Below are positions 39,701 to 46,357 of a stretch of 50,504 bases of DNA, one piece after another (position 1 is the stretch's first letter; each line of letters starts with the position of its first letter). Under the pieces are notes generated by a model. It saw only the letters and a program-made list of their open reading frames with translations, made no database searches and was not told where the DNA came from. This DNA is from Nemertoderma westbladi. Lineage: Eukaryota; Animalia; Xenacoelomorpha. Location: positions 1 through 50,504 of the forward strand of contig JAUCBJ010002482.1 of assembly GCA_032718475.1 (NCBI GenBank), read 5' to 3'. The position numbers and the translations under genes were made by a program.

Positions 39701-42700
39701 ATGTAAATCTATGGTTGTGTAGAACATATGTAAATCTACGGTTGTGTAGAACATATGTAAATCTACGGTTGCGTAGAACATATATAAATCTACGGTTGTG
39801 TAGAACATATATATATCTACGGTTGTGTAGAACATATGTAAATCTATGGTTGTGTAGAACATATGTAAATCTACGGTTGTGTAGAACATATGTAAATCTA
39901 CGGTTGTGTAGAACATATGTAAATCTACGGTTGTGTAGAACATATGTATATCTACGGTTGTGTAGAACATATGTAAATCTACGGTTGTGTAGAACATATG
40001 TAAATCTACGGTTGTGTAGAACATATGTATATCTACGGTTGTGTAGAACATATGTAAATCTACGGTTGTGTAGAACATATGTAAATCTACGGTTGTGTAG
40101 AACATATATAAATCTACGGTTGTGTAGAACATATGTAAATCTACGGTTGTGTAAAAATACGGTTGTACTTTCATAAATATTCCTTCCTCTTACATTCCTA
40201 TAGAAACGCGAGTGTCTGGACGGAGCCGATGAGTTACACTGTCCGCCGCTAGGGGTCGCTCTAGAACATCCTTCCTACCTCAAGGCGGTTAGGAAGGCGT
40301 GTCCCCAGCCCCCGCCAGGGTCTGTAGTACTCAACGGACGACATATGAACCCGAAGGGCCGGTACATCGAGGGGGACACCGCGGTCTACGGTTGTCGCCC
40401 TGGTTACATAGTCTCCGGTATGGCACTCACCACAGTGGTCTGTATGAGTAACGGCAGTTGGGATGGACTCCCAAGGTATATATGTCTGATGAACAATAAT
40501 TCCGAGTGCAGCTTTAAGTGTCGGAACGGAGACTGTCTGAGGGCCGATCAGGTCTGTAACGGTCGGGCGGACTGCGACGACAGCCTCGATGAGACCTACT
40601 GCCCTGACAGGGGGCAAATGGTGAGACCCGTCGTAAAGGACACCTGTACGAGGCCGGGAGGTGTAAACATCCCTCACAGTGTACAGCTAACAGACGATAA
40701 TAAAGTATATAATATAGGTTAGTATATCCAATACATCTAGCTAACGTCAGTGTGATCTTCACAGGACGAAGTAGGCAGCTTAGCACACTGATATAAATTT
40801 GAACCGTTATCTACTTATCCTCTAGCGGCAGGCAGGGGAACTGTTGCTCCCCCACGCAAATTATATTTCATACTATTGACAGACAACATGAGTAGAAAGT
40901 TTAGTTTAAATTCATTAAAGCTTCACTTTGTTTGTTAGTCTTCAAACATTTGCCGACAGCGGTATGCTTAGCTCGCTTACTTCCGAGTATTTTTCATGTA
41001 TTTTTTGCATTTAAAAGAGCGTTTAATTCTAAGCTTCATTGAAACATACCCAAGGTAATAATAACCTGAATCATAGACGTTGCATGAGTGATTTCCACCC
41101 GCCAAATGGCGCCAATTTCTCTAGAATACTCCATTTCAATAATCTTGGCATTAATTAACAAATAAATAATTAATAGGTTATTTTTTGGCTATTTATAATG
41201 GTTTGTTTCTACAAAGTACATAAAGTTGTATGGGCGGACAATAAAGCTGTATGGACGGGATATAAAGCTGTATGGGCGGTCTATAAAGCTGTATGGGCTG
41301 GCTATAAGGTTGTATGATGGGACTATATAGATGTAGGATCGGGTTAGTTGAGTGGGCGAGAGAGTAATTAATGTTGGGACAATAATTATTTATAAATTAA
41401 TAACAGGTGATATAATTCGGTACGGATGTTTGAAGTACTACACGGTGTCTGGGCTGGAATTAACAGCTATCCAATGTAAAGCTAACGGAAGATGGAGCGG
41501 GGAGCCCAACTTTCTGTGTCTCAACACGAGAGACCCAACGTGCGCCCTGACCTGCGACCAGGGGCTGACCTGCGTTAGTGTGGGGGAGGTCTGCGACAGC
41601 GTCAAGCATTGTCTCGACACTGCGGACGAACTATCCTGCCCGGTAGATGGCGCTGCGATAAGTAAACCTAAGTACGAACAGCGAGTGAAGGATAAATGTG
41701 GATCTATTCCCGAAGTTTACGTAAAATTCGGTAAAGTTACATCCGGGAAGAAAAGTTCCTCGTATGTGGTCGGTGATTCGATAAAGTGGGGCTGTATCGA
41801 AGGGTTTGTGGCGACAACAGGAGGTGGTAAACTCAGTATGGAGTGTCGCAGTGGAGGAGAATGGGAGATAAAACCCTCGTACGTGTGTCTACACGCCAGC
41901 GACGGGAGTTGTCCACTAAAATGCGACGACGATGTGTGCGTGACTGCGAACCGGATCTGTAACAAAGTCATCGACTGTCTGGACCAAACGGATGAGTCAT
42001 CGTGCGGTGAGGGTTTCGCGATACCGAGTTACAAGAGCAAAGCAAAGTGCAAAGCGATCCCATCCTTAAACATAGCTAACAGCGTGTTGCTACGCAACCG
42101 AGGTAAACAAGAGTACGAAGAGGGTGAGACATTGGAGTTCGGTTGCTACGAGGGGTTTATAGTTAGTGGCATGTCGGTAGTTGATACGGTTTGTAGCTCT
42201 AAAGGCACCTGGAGTCAGTCCCCTAACTTCCTGTGTCTGGACAGTAAGAATTACCAGTGCGCCCATCTGTGCGATAAGGGAACCTGTATCCCCGCCAACA
42301 AGGTCTGTAACGACATCATCGATTGTTTCGATAAAACCGACGAGATCTCGTGTCCGGAGCCGGGCTCCGAGATCGAACGTCCCCCTTTCGTTCCCAAGAC
42401 CCGGGCAACCTGCGGGAGCCCGCCCGGGGACTACGTGAAACACGGGGTGCTGCTCTACGGGAGTCACCCGCTGCCGTACAACCAGGGGGATTCGATAACG
42501 TTCGGCTGCGTCGCGGGGTACATGGTGTCCGGGGCCGGAGTCGTACAGATCAGCTGCACCAGTAGCGCAGTCTGGTCGGCCTCACCGGACTATCTGTGTC
42601 TGGTGGAGAAGGACTTCTACTGCGCCATGCGGTGCGCCAACCAGCGGTGTGTACCCGCGGATAAAATATGTGATGGTGAGTAATGCAATACTGTTAATGT

Positions 42701-45700
42701 AATTAGTACCGGTACTTTTTTATTCACTCAATTTATTAGTAATAAAAAGTTTGAAACTGAAAGTAAAATAATTATTTAACTTGAAAATGTACATTCAAAT
42801 TTAAAATAAAATAGTAAAACCCAACCGTAAATTTTATATAAGAATGGTATTGGTGAAAATATCGAGACTTGAAAAATACCGTGATATTTTTACTCTCGTT
42901 ATTTTTCATGTCTCGCTATTTTTCAATATAACCATAAGAATTGTTAACTGAAAGTTAATTCTGGATATAATTATGGTTAAGTAAAATTAAACAATAACGC
43001 GATATATTTCCATCTAGGTCTGGTATTCTGCGACGATGAATCCGATGAGTCATCCTGTCCTGCGAGCGGGAGCGGTACGCCTCTAGCGTTACCATTCCGA
43101 GGTCCGATAGACCCGGCGTTGGCCTGTCCCGAACCGCCGTACGTCCCGATACGCAACGCGGTTATAGAGGAAGGACTGCACACACGGGCCTACAGACCCA
43201 ACGACCTGGTCCGTTACGGGTGCGCGGATGGATTCATAGTCTCCGGCATAGAGGAGACGGAGTTGAAGTGTCTCAATATCGGCGTCTGGAGCGGTGTCCC
43301 CAAGTATATATGTCTGCGGGAGCGGGATTACCAGTGCGCGTTGGAGTGCGACACGGGACTGTGCGTACCCGCAAATAAAATCTGCGACGGTAAACCCGAA
43401 TGCAAAGATATATCGGATGAAACTTACTGTCCTACCGACGGGAGCAGAATAAACCTCCCGCAGTCGCCCCGGAGTAAAAGGACCTGCAGGAAACCCGAGA
43501 GAGTAGAGACGAAACACAGCGTTATCGTATCGGGGATAGCGAAGTCGGAGTATCTACAGGGGGAGAGGATCGTGTACGGATGCGAGAAGGGATGGATGCG
43601 GTCGGGGTTACAACTGGTAGAAGTGGTCTGTAGGAAGGACGGCAGTTGGAGCGATAAACCCAGCTTTATATGTCTCGACGCAGCCTCTTACCATTGCGCT
43701 ATGCGATGCGATGTGGACACCTGCGTGCGGGCCGATAAGATCTGTAACAACATTGTGGACTGTATTGATACCGCGGACGAGATATCCTGTCCCAAAGGGG
43801 GTCTCTCGATCCCGAGACCGGTGTTCGCCCCAAGGAAGAGGGTTCACTGTCCGTCCTTACCTCGGGTCGACATATCCAACTCGTTTATAGAGTCCGGAAG
43901 TCATGCGGAACCTTACATAGAGGGCGACGTGGTCACCTACAACTGTCTGAGTAACTACTCCCCCTACGGAGCCAATGTGAACTCGATAAAATGTGTGGAA
44001 CACAGAAACAGAGGTAAAATTTACATTAATATTTCCCCACATTTTAATATTTAGAAAAATAAATTTGGTTAAAATGTAGTTCAGGTAATTAAAATTTTTT
44101 CCTTTGTTTATTTTAATAATTTTTTTCAGATACTTAAAATGTTTTCGACTCGTTGAATCATAAATATAAATGCTTTAATATATTATATTTATTACCAGTA
44201 TATTATATTTCACGCCGCGAAATATAGTGAAGTTGGACTACAGGCACTATATTTGACGTATTAATTTATAATTACTTATTACTATTAGTGTTACTTATTA
44301 TTATGGTGTAAAACGTTACCACACAGGACAATGGGAAGGGCGACCGAAGTTTGTATGCATCGAGAGGAACAGACCCCGTTGCGCGCTGAAGTGCGACAAC
44401 CTGTGTGTCGGAATGGAGTTTATCTGCGACGGTCGGGACGACTGCAGGAATAGGGAGGATGAGATATACTGCGGACCGATACGGAGATGTTTGGGGTTAC
44501 CGGAGCCGCCTCAATTCGCGAAAGTGCTGACACCAGCTGTACCAAAGGGTAAGACTGTGGGAGCAGTACGGCATGGGACAGTGTGAGATGGGACAGTGCG
44601 AGATGGGACAGTGGGGAATGGGACAGTGGGGAATGGGACAGTGAGAATTGGGACAGTAAGAAATGGGACAGTGGGGGATGGGACAGTACGGGTTGAGATA
44701 GTGCGAGATGGGACAGCGCGGGTTGGCGGGATTAGTTTACTTGAATTATCTTAATAATTTATTGTCTTCCTTTACACATTATTTACAGCGACTCAACACG
44801 TGGCCCGATACGGTTGTGTGAATGGATACGGGCCAACGAATCCTCTCGGAACCGTTATACATTGTCGCAACGGTCAGTGGACACAGCCGTTCTTCGAGTG
44901 TAAGAAAACCTGTCCTCGTCCGCCATTACTAGACGTTGCTCACGCAGTAATAAAGAAAGGAGCTAGGAAAGGAAATAGTTTCAGTTTGGGAGGCGATGTG
45001 ATAATTTACGGTTGTAAAAGGGGTTATAAACCAATAGGTTAGTACAGGTACGCAAATAGTTTCAGTTTGGTAGGCGATATGATAATTTACGGTTGTAAAA
45101 GGGGTTATAAACCATTAGGTTAGTACCGGTACGCAAATAGTTTCAGTTTGGGAGGCGATGTGATAATTTACGGTTGTAAAAGGGCTTATAAACCAATAGG
45201 TTAGTACCGGTACGCAAATAGTTTCAGTTTGGGAGGCGATGTGATAATTTACGGTTGTAAAAGGGGTTATAAACCAATAGGTTAGTACCGGTACGCAAAT
45301 AGTTTCAGTTTGGGAGGCGATGTGATAATTTACGGTTGTAAAAGGGGTTATAAACCAATAGGTTAGTACCGGTACGCAAATAGTTTCAGTTTGGGAGGCG
45401 ATGTGATAATTTACGGTTGTAAAAGGGCTTATAAACCAATAGGTTAGTACCGGTACGCAAATAGTTTCAGTTTGGGAGGCGATGTGATAATTTACGGTTG
45501 TAAAAGGGCTTATAAACCAATAGGTTAGTACCGGTACGCAAATAGTTTCAGTTTGGGAGGCGATGTGATAATTTACGGTTGTAAAAGGGGTTATAAACCA
45601 ATAGGTTAGTACCGGTACGCAAATAGTTTCAGTTTGGGAGGCGATGTGATAATTTACGGTTGTAAAAGGGGTTATAAACCAATAGGTTAGTACCGGTACG

Positions 45701-46355
45701 CAAATAGTTTCAGTTTGGGAGGCGATGTGATAATTTACGGTTGTAAAAGGGCTTATAAACCAATAGGTTAGTACCGGTACGCAAATAGTTTCAGTTTGGG
45801 AGGCGATGTGATAATTTACGGTTGTAAAAGGGGTTATAAACCAATAGGTTAGTACCGGTACGCAAATAGTTTCAGTTTGGGAGGCGATGTGATAATTTAC
45901 GGTTGTTAGACAATTAATATAACATATGCAATGCACCCCACCCCACCCCACCCCACACAGTGTATTACAGTGTATTACGGAGTGTATTGCAGTGTATTAC
46001 ATGTATTACAGTGTATTACATGTATTGCAGTGTATTACATATGTATTACAGTGTATTACATATGTATTACAGTGTACAGTGTATTAAGGAGTGTATTACA
46101 TAATATTATATTATTACATGATAAAACTTAGATTACGCTATTTCTAATTATACATACATCCCCACAGGGCCACGATTATCTATATCTTGTGGTAACAACG
46201 GAGAATGGAGTGGAGAGGCGGCCTTTACATGCCGCAGTATGGAGTGCGCGGTGAGATGCGACGAGAGGAAGCTCTGTATAAAGAGCGAGTACATCTGCGA
46301 TGGAGTTTACGATTGTATGGATTTATCGGACGAATCAAACTGTGTTGACGAGTAG
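635..46355 (+). CDS. Giant multi-exon sushi/CCP + LDLa repeat protein, 5'-partial (19 exons in window, about 4,860 codons, about 52 CCP and 11 LDLa modules); probably extracellular
   Basis: Manual splicing at GT-AG sites gives one continuous frame: 635-765, 890-1052, 8834-9313, 9627-11450, 12031-12210, 12559-12948, 13683-14858, 15189-15863, 16341-16979, 32356-33348, 33972-34571, 34934-38622, 39346-39546, 40204-40717, 41407-42675, 43018-44013, 44327-44548, 44789-45037, 46168-46355. Intron phases match at every junction and split modules are completed (C-x-x-P...HG...Y-x-C-x-x-G-Y...C...G-x-W...C; C-D-G-x-x-D-C-x-D-x-S-D-E-x-x-C). No transmembrane segment seen. Confidence 0.88.
890..1052 (+). 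CDS. Exon of giant CCP/LDLa gene
   Basis: ttatag acceptor (an in-frame alternative ttcag would start the exon at 899); ...VECIPPNLKVERGKLL...SYREGAKMDVGCIE-G; gtaagt donor at 1053. Confidence 0.85.
1020..8790 (+). repeat. 52/53-bp minisatellite (about 147 copies) filling an intron
   Basis: Unit gaaggtacaaagattgatgtgggatgtgttgaag|gtaagttacagagacaag; variants include gataag/gatacg and ttaac/ttac. Confidence 0.97.
8834..9313 (+). CDS. Exon of giant CCP/LDLa gene
   Basis: ttttttag acceptor; GYQVRNAKVTETVCTEDGTW completes the CCP begun in 890-1052; donor gtatt at 9314. Confidence 0.88.
9627..11450 (+). CDS. Exon of giant CCP/LDLa gene (CCPs plus a long charged insertion)
   Basis: ttgcag acceptor, gtgag donor at 11451; lies in ORF 9584..11470. 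Confidence 0.9.
11660..11985 (+). mobile_element. Degraded 3' fragment of a related RTE-like element
   Basis: LLWQP..NKH...TFLCRLSKDT.L....L...M.D...W resembles LVLWQP..NKHGG..TFLRRILKDTGL....L...MGDRELW at the end of the 25901-27281 element. Boundaries approximate. Confidence 0.6.
12031..12210 (+). CDS. Exon of giant CCP/LDLa gene
   Basis: cactag acceptor; GIATISVSTRCEANGLW...AKYSCDK; gtgtgt donor. Confidence 0.85.
12215..12432. repeat. 41-bp tandem repeat (about 5 copies) at an intron 5' end
   Basis: Unit gtattttagtgcgacaatgtattttaatgcgctaacctttg. Confidence 0.92.
12559..12948 (+). CDS. Exon of giant CCP/LDLa gene
   Basis: atgcag acceptor; GFVQVGESNNVTCLKDGVW...VSYGCERGFI; gtacct donor. 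Confidence 0.85.
13683..14858 (+). CDS. Exon of giant CCP/LDLa gene (CCPs plus an acidic insertion)
   Basis: attcag acceptor; VEGNSLLMSECGANGTW...LQYYCPENFNLI; gtaagt donor at 14859. Confidence 0.88.
14640..14820 (+). repeat. Coding 60-bp tandem repeat (3 copies)
   Basis: DNDAETETDNNAIEIEPLST x3 within exon 13683-14858. Confidence 0.92.
15189..15863 (+). CDS. Exon of giant CCP/LDLa gene
   Basis: ttccag acceptor, gtaact donor; CCP motifs in ORF 15161..15883. Confidence 0.88.
16341..16979 (+). CDS. Exon of giant CCP/LDLa gene
   Basis: ttccag acceptor; ends mid-CCP at LGCPVGHKFE-G; gtgagt donor at 16980. Confidence 0.88.
17292..18011 (-). CDS. MTRES1: Mitochondrial transcription rescue factor 1 (C6orf203)-like S4-domain RNA-binding protein, intronless
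   Basis: Basic, acid-poor N-terminus (transit-peptide-like), an acidic stretch, then an S4-like motif RVDGVFAKAMGISR...KGRVIYN...KSGQRLKEGDVVDL and C-terminal ITVIRQKSL; layout recognised from the MTRES1 family. Confidence 0.78.
   Translation of the reverse strand: MAWVNYFINRLPIPPLRASHQPPKFLSTNTTQLHPKSFYTKVPSTNTTQLHPKSFYTKVPITPLSVVFPHLFAPVSIQSLRRYKRTKPSESEDDDDTEYVSIDEFLSETGNVDHVDVDNDDVDDDNIKDSIPRGSVLRTVSSPGTRVDGVFAKAMGISRESVGKEILKGRVIYNRRVLTKSGQRLKEGDVVDLYVNKDTDKNTVTLRRLTVKEISENRKGNLNITVIRQKSLTVNKSEL
18332..18468. repeat. 35-bp tandem repeat (about 4 copies) between C11orf54 and MTRES1
   Basis: Unit gcaccaaaaaataatatagtaataattgacaacct. Confidence 0.9.
18545..19513 (-). CDS. C11orf54: C11orf54/PTD012 ester hydrolase homologue (DUF1907), intronless
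   Basis: CPDL..PPWGLA..GICG, VGGPPNLVP, GAGAGP, HVMP, DPGLDLRVEHTHCHS...GGHYHGD (Zn-binding His cluster), C-terminal HSVGRD. First ATG at 19513; the ORF track starts upstream at a TTG. Confidence 0.92.
   Translation of the reverse strand: MPVETYQLTVPALQEIANVLEQSLISNYGCVSVSVVPCPDLSVPPWGLASAGICGRPRIVDVGGPPNLVPVVDLTKDYNLERIAESAELPGGLLIGAGAGPNKRTGVNCELMVNVRARGGHQTFRNESRVARTLEPRTQLSDRWMILEKLQESYNTTDCSLLVNMLLSDGEPGEVLRVSVSERTGSVSSFPTAIRLALADHYSTRAVALGGVFVMRSGVARIHVMPPSFSQTPLTSDPQVNDWLEFFSLPAPIVCYSEFVSYDPGLDLRVEHTHCHSVNPPSGGGHYHGDETEDVVYEGYFVPADWLYRIDRPSVSHSVGRD
20437..20578 (-). mobile_element. Headless copy of the SINE-like body
   Basis: Near-identical to 24733-24874 (tgtttggatcatactatc...aatgtttgtgcga), with a few substitutions. 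Confidence 0.7.
20831..21344. mobile_element. Non-autonomous inverted-repeat element (MITE- or Helentron-associated-like) with internal (ACG)n microsatellite
   Basis: Approximately 63-bp inverted repeats at 20848-20910 and 21269-21333, an internal direct repeat tggccctctagcgg, and (ACG)n at about 21203-21268; no coding capacity. Confidence 0.7.
21875..24052 (+). CDS. SLC30A5: Zinc transporter 5 (cation diffusion facilitator), intronless
   Basis: Long N-terminal multi-TM region followed by the CDF core: [31 protein letters not shown], His-rich loop [36 protein letters not shown]. Confidence 0.93.
   Translation: [725 protein letters not shown]
24733..24948 (-). mobile_element. tRNA-derived SINE-like element (longest copy)
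   Basis: Minus strand begins GTCACTGTAGTGTAATGGATATCGCG...GTCGTGGGTTCCAATC (Pol III A- and B-box-like), followed by an approximately 136-bp body also found at 20437 and 31936. Confidence 0.65.
25101..29602. repeat. 50-bp tandem satellite (about 16 + 46 copies) split by the RTE insertion
   Basis: Unit agtagtagaRgcattcaatgtgtgtgtctggactaacaacgctcaccaat. Confidence 0.97.
25901..27281 (-). mobile_element. 5'-truncated, frameshifted non-LTR retrotransposon (RTE-like reverse transcriptase)
   Basis: FRGISL..AKLYNRILLNRI, QNGFRKGR, FVDFFKAFDSV, GVLQGDTLAPFLF, DFADD, FCYLGS; frameshift near 26380 continues as VPVLLYGSPCW...RMLRRV; (TAG)n 3' tail at 25901-25911; 9-bp direct repeat acaacgcac at 25892-25900 and 27282-27290. 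Confidence 0.9.
30133..31686 (+). CDS. LAP3: Cytosol leucyl aminopeptidase (peptidase M17), intronless
   Basis: QNLARELAETPAN, VGKGVTFDSGG, MRGDMGG, NTDAEGRL signature, DVATLTGA, WAHIDIAG, GMTGRPTRTL. First ATG at 30133. Confidence 0.93.
   Translation: MHRILQNLRPSITSRDKHRTYSTEHRRSGLVLGVYGKTFTPEAEQFNWQHGGLLHKVLGNSEPLKVGGTMVLHGVGEHTATCLVGLGERREVPNNDRDPSNEEVPNDEREGRDEAADNIRRGVAAGCRALQTLKIPDISIDPCGRPQAAAEGGYLGTFSYDGLKAEAKRRVRVNLVGLGADGGGWEVGRVYATAQNLARELAETPANLLTPSGFADRTLTELQGLPEVEVLVRDREWIAAERMGAFLSVSQGSVEPPVFLEVRYTGGAAQQPPLVLVGKGVTFDSGGLSIKPANSMPPMRGDMGGAAAVVAAVSAVARLHGHINVVALVPLTENMISGSATRPSDVVTARNGLTIQVDNTDAEGRLILADALSYSATYQPRAVLDVATLTGAMSVALGEGAAGVFSRSRSLWEQLETAGYRTGDRLWRFPLYKLYEEQVSESRLADVNNVTTSPGAGACTAAAFLGKFVETDNWAHIDIAGVMESKGGEYQVKGMTGRPTRTLVQYLMNQAEIGGDN
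31936..32071 (-). mobile_element. Headless copy of the SINE-like body
   Basis: Appears identical to 24736-24871. Confidence 0.7.
32356..33348 (+). CDS. Exon of giant CCP/LDLa gene (first after the gene-containing intron)
   Basis: ttacag acceptor; GFTDATINLRCLSDSQWNMAPSTSLNC supplies Cys3, Trp and Cys4 of the CCP left open at 16979; gtacgt donor. Confidence 0.88.
33972..34571 (+). CDS. Exon of giant CCP/LDLa gene
   Basis: ttccag acceptor; DDIKDTTVVCTGMGVW...; gtaagg donor. Confidence 0.88.
34934..38622 (+). CDS. 3.7-kb exon of giant CCP/LDLa gene (about 13 CCPs and the first LDLa)
   Basis: ttacag acceptor, aag|gtaagt donor; ORF 34924..38646. Confidence 0.92.
39346..39546 (+). CDS. Exon of giant CCP/LDLa gene
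   Basis: ccacag acceptor; KNGYKLVYTCESGF...CIDIDRVCNG; gtaagt donor. Confidence 0.86.
39556..40166. repeat. 27-bp tandem repeat (about 22 copies) filling an intron
   Basis: Unit tgtagaacatatgtaaatctacggttg. Confidence 0.95.
40204..40717 (+). CDS. Exon of giant CCP/LDLa gene
   Basis: ctatag acceptor; KRECLDGADELHC completes the LDLa; gttagt donor. Confidence 0.86.
41407..42675 (+). CDS. Exon of giant CCP/LDLa gene (alternating CCP-LDLa)
   Basis: taacag acceptor; GDIIRYGC...DKICD; gtgagt donor. Confidence 0.9.
43018..44013 (+). CDS. Exon of giant CCP/LDLa gene (alternating CCP-LDLa)
   Basis: atctag acceptor; GLVFCDDESDESSC...; gtaaaa donor. Confidence 0.88.
44327..44548 (+). CDS. Exon of giant CCP/LDLa gene
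   Basis: acacag acceptor; GQWEGRPKFVC...CDGRDDCRNREDEIYC...; gtaaga donor. Not in the ORF track. Confidence 0.86.
44555..44720. repeat. Degenerate approximately 15-bp G-rich repeat at an intron 5' end
   Basis: Recurring atgggacagtg. Confidence 0.8.
44789..45037 (+). CDS. Exon of giant CCP/LDLa gene
   Basis: ttacag acceptor; ATQHVARYGCVNGY...IIYGCKRGYKPI; gttagt donor. Confidence 0.86.
44973..45905 (+). repeat. 81-bp tandem repeat (about 11.5 copies) spanning an exon end and donor
   Basis: The first copy is the last 65 nt of exon 44789-45037 plus 16 nt of intron. Confidence 0.95.
46168..46355 (+). CDS. Probable last coding exon of giant CCP/LDLa gene
   Basis: ccacag acceptor; GPRLSISCGNNGEW...CDGVYDCMDLSDESNCVDE then TAG. 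Confidence 0.82.
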
Positions 46356-46357
46356 GG

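Noticed and set aside
39461-40176. Repeat ORFs on both strands (also 45115-45951 and 48792-49082)
   Set aside because: Unit lengths are multiples of 3; the sequence is intronic or intergenic tandem repeat.
45930-46100. gtattaca low-complexity tract, the approximately 20-bp repeats at 41220-41330, and the poly-C/poly-G runs at 599-622 and 48710-48731
   Set aside because: Ordinary simple repeats with no further structure visible.
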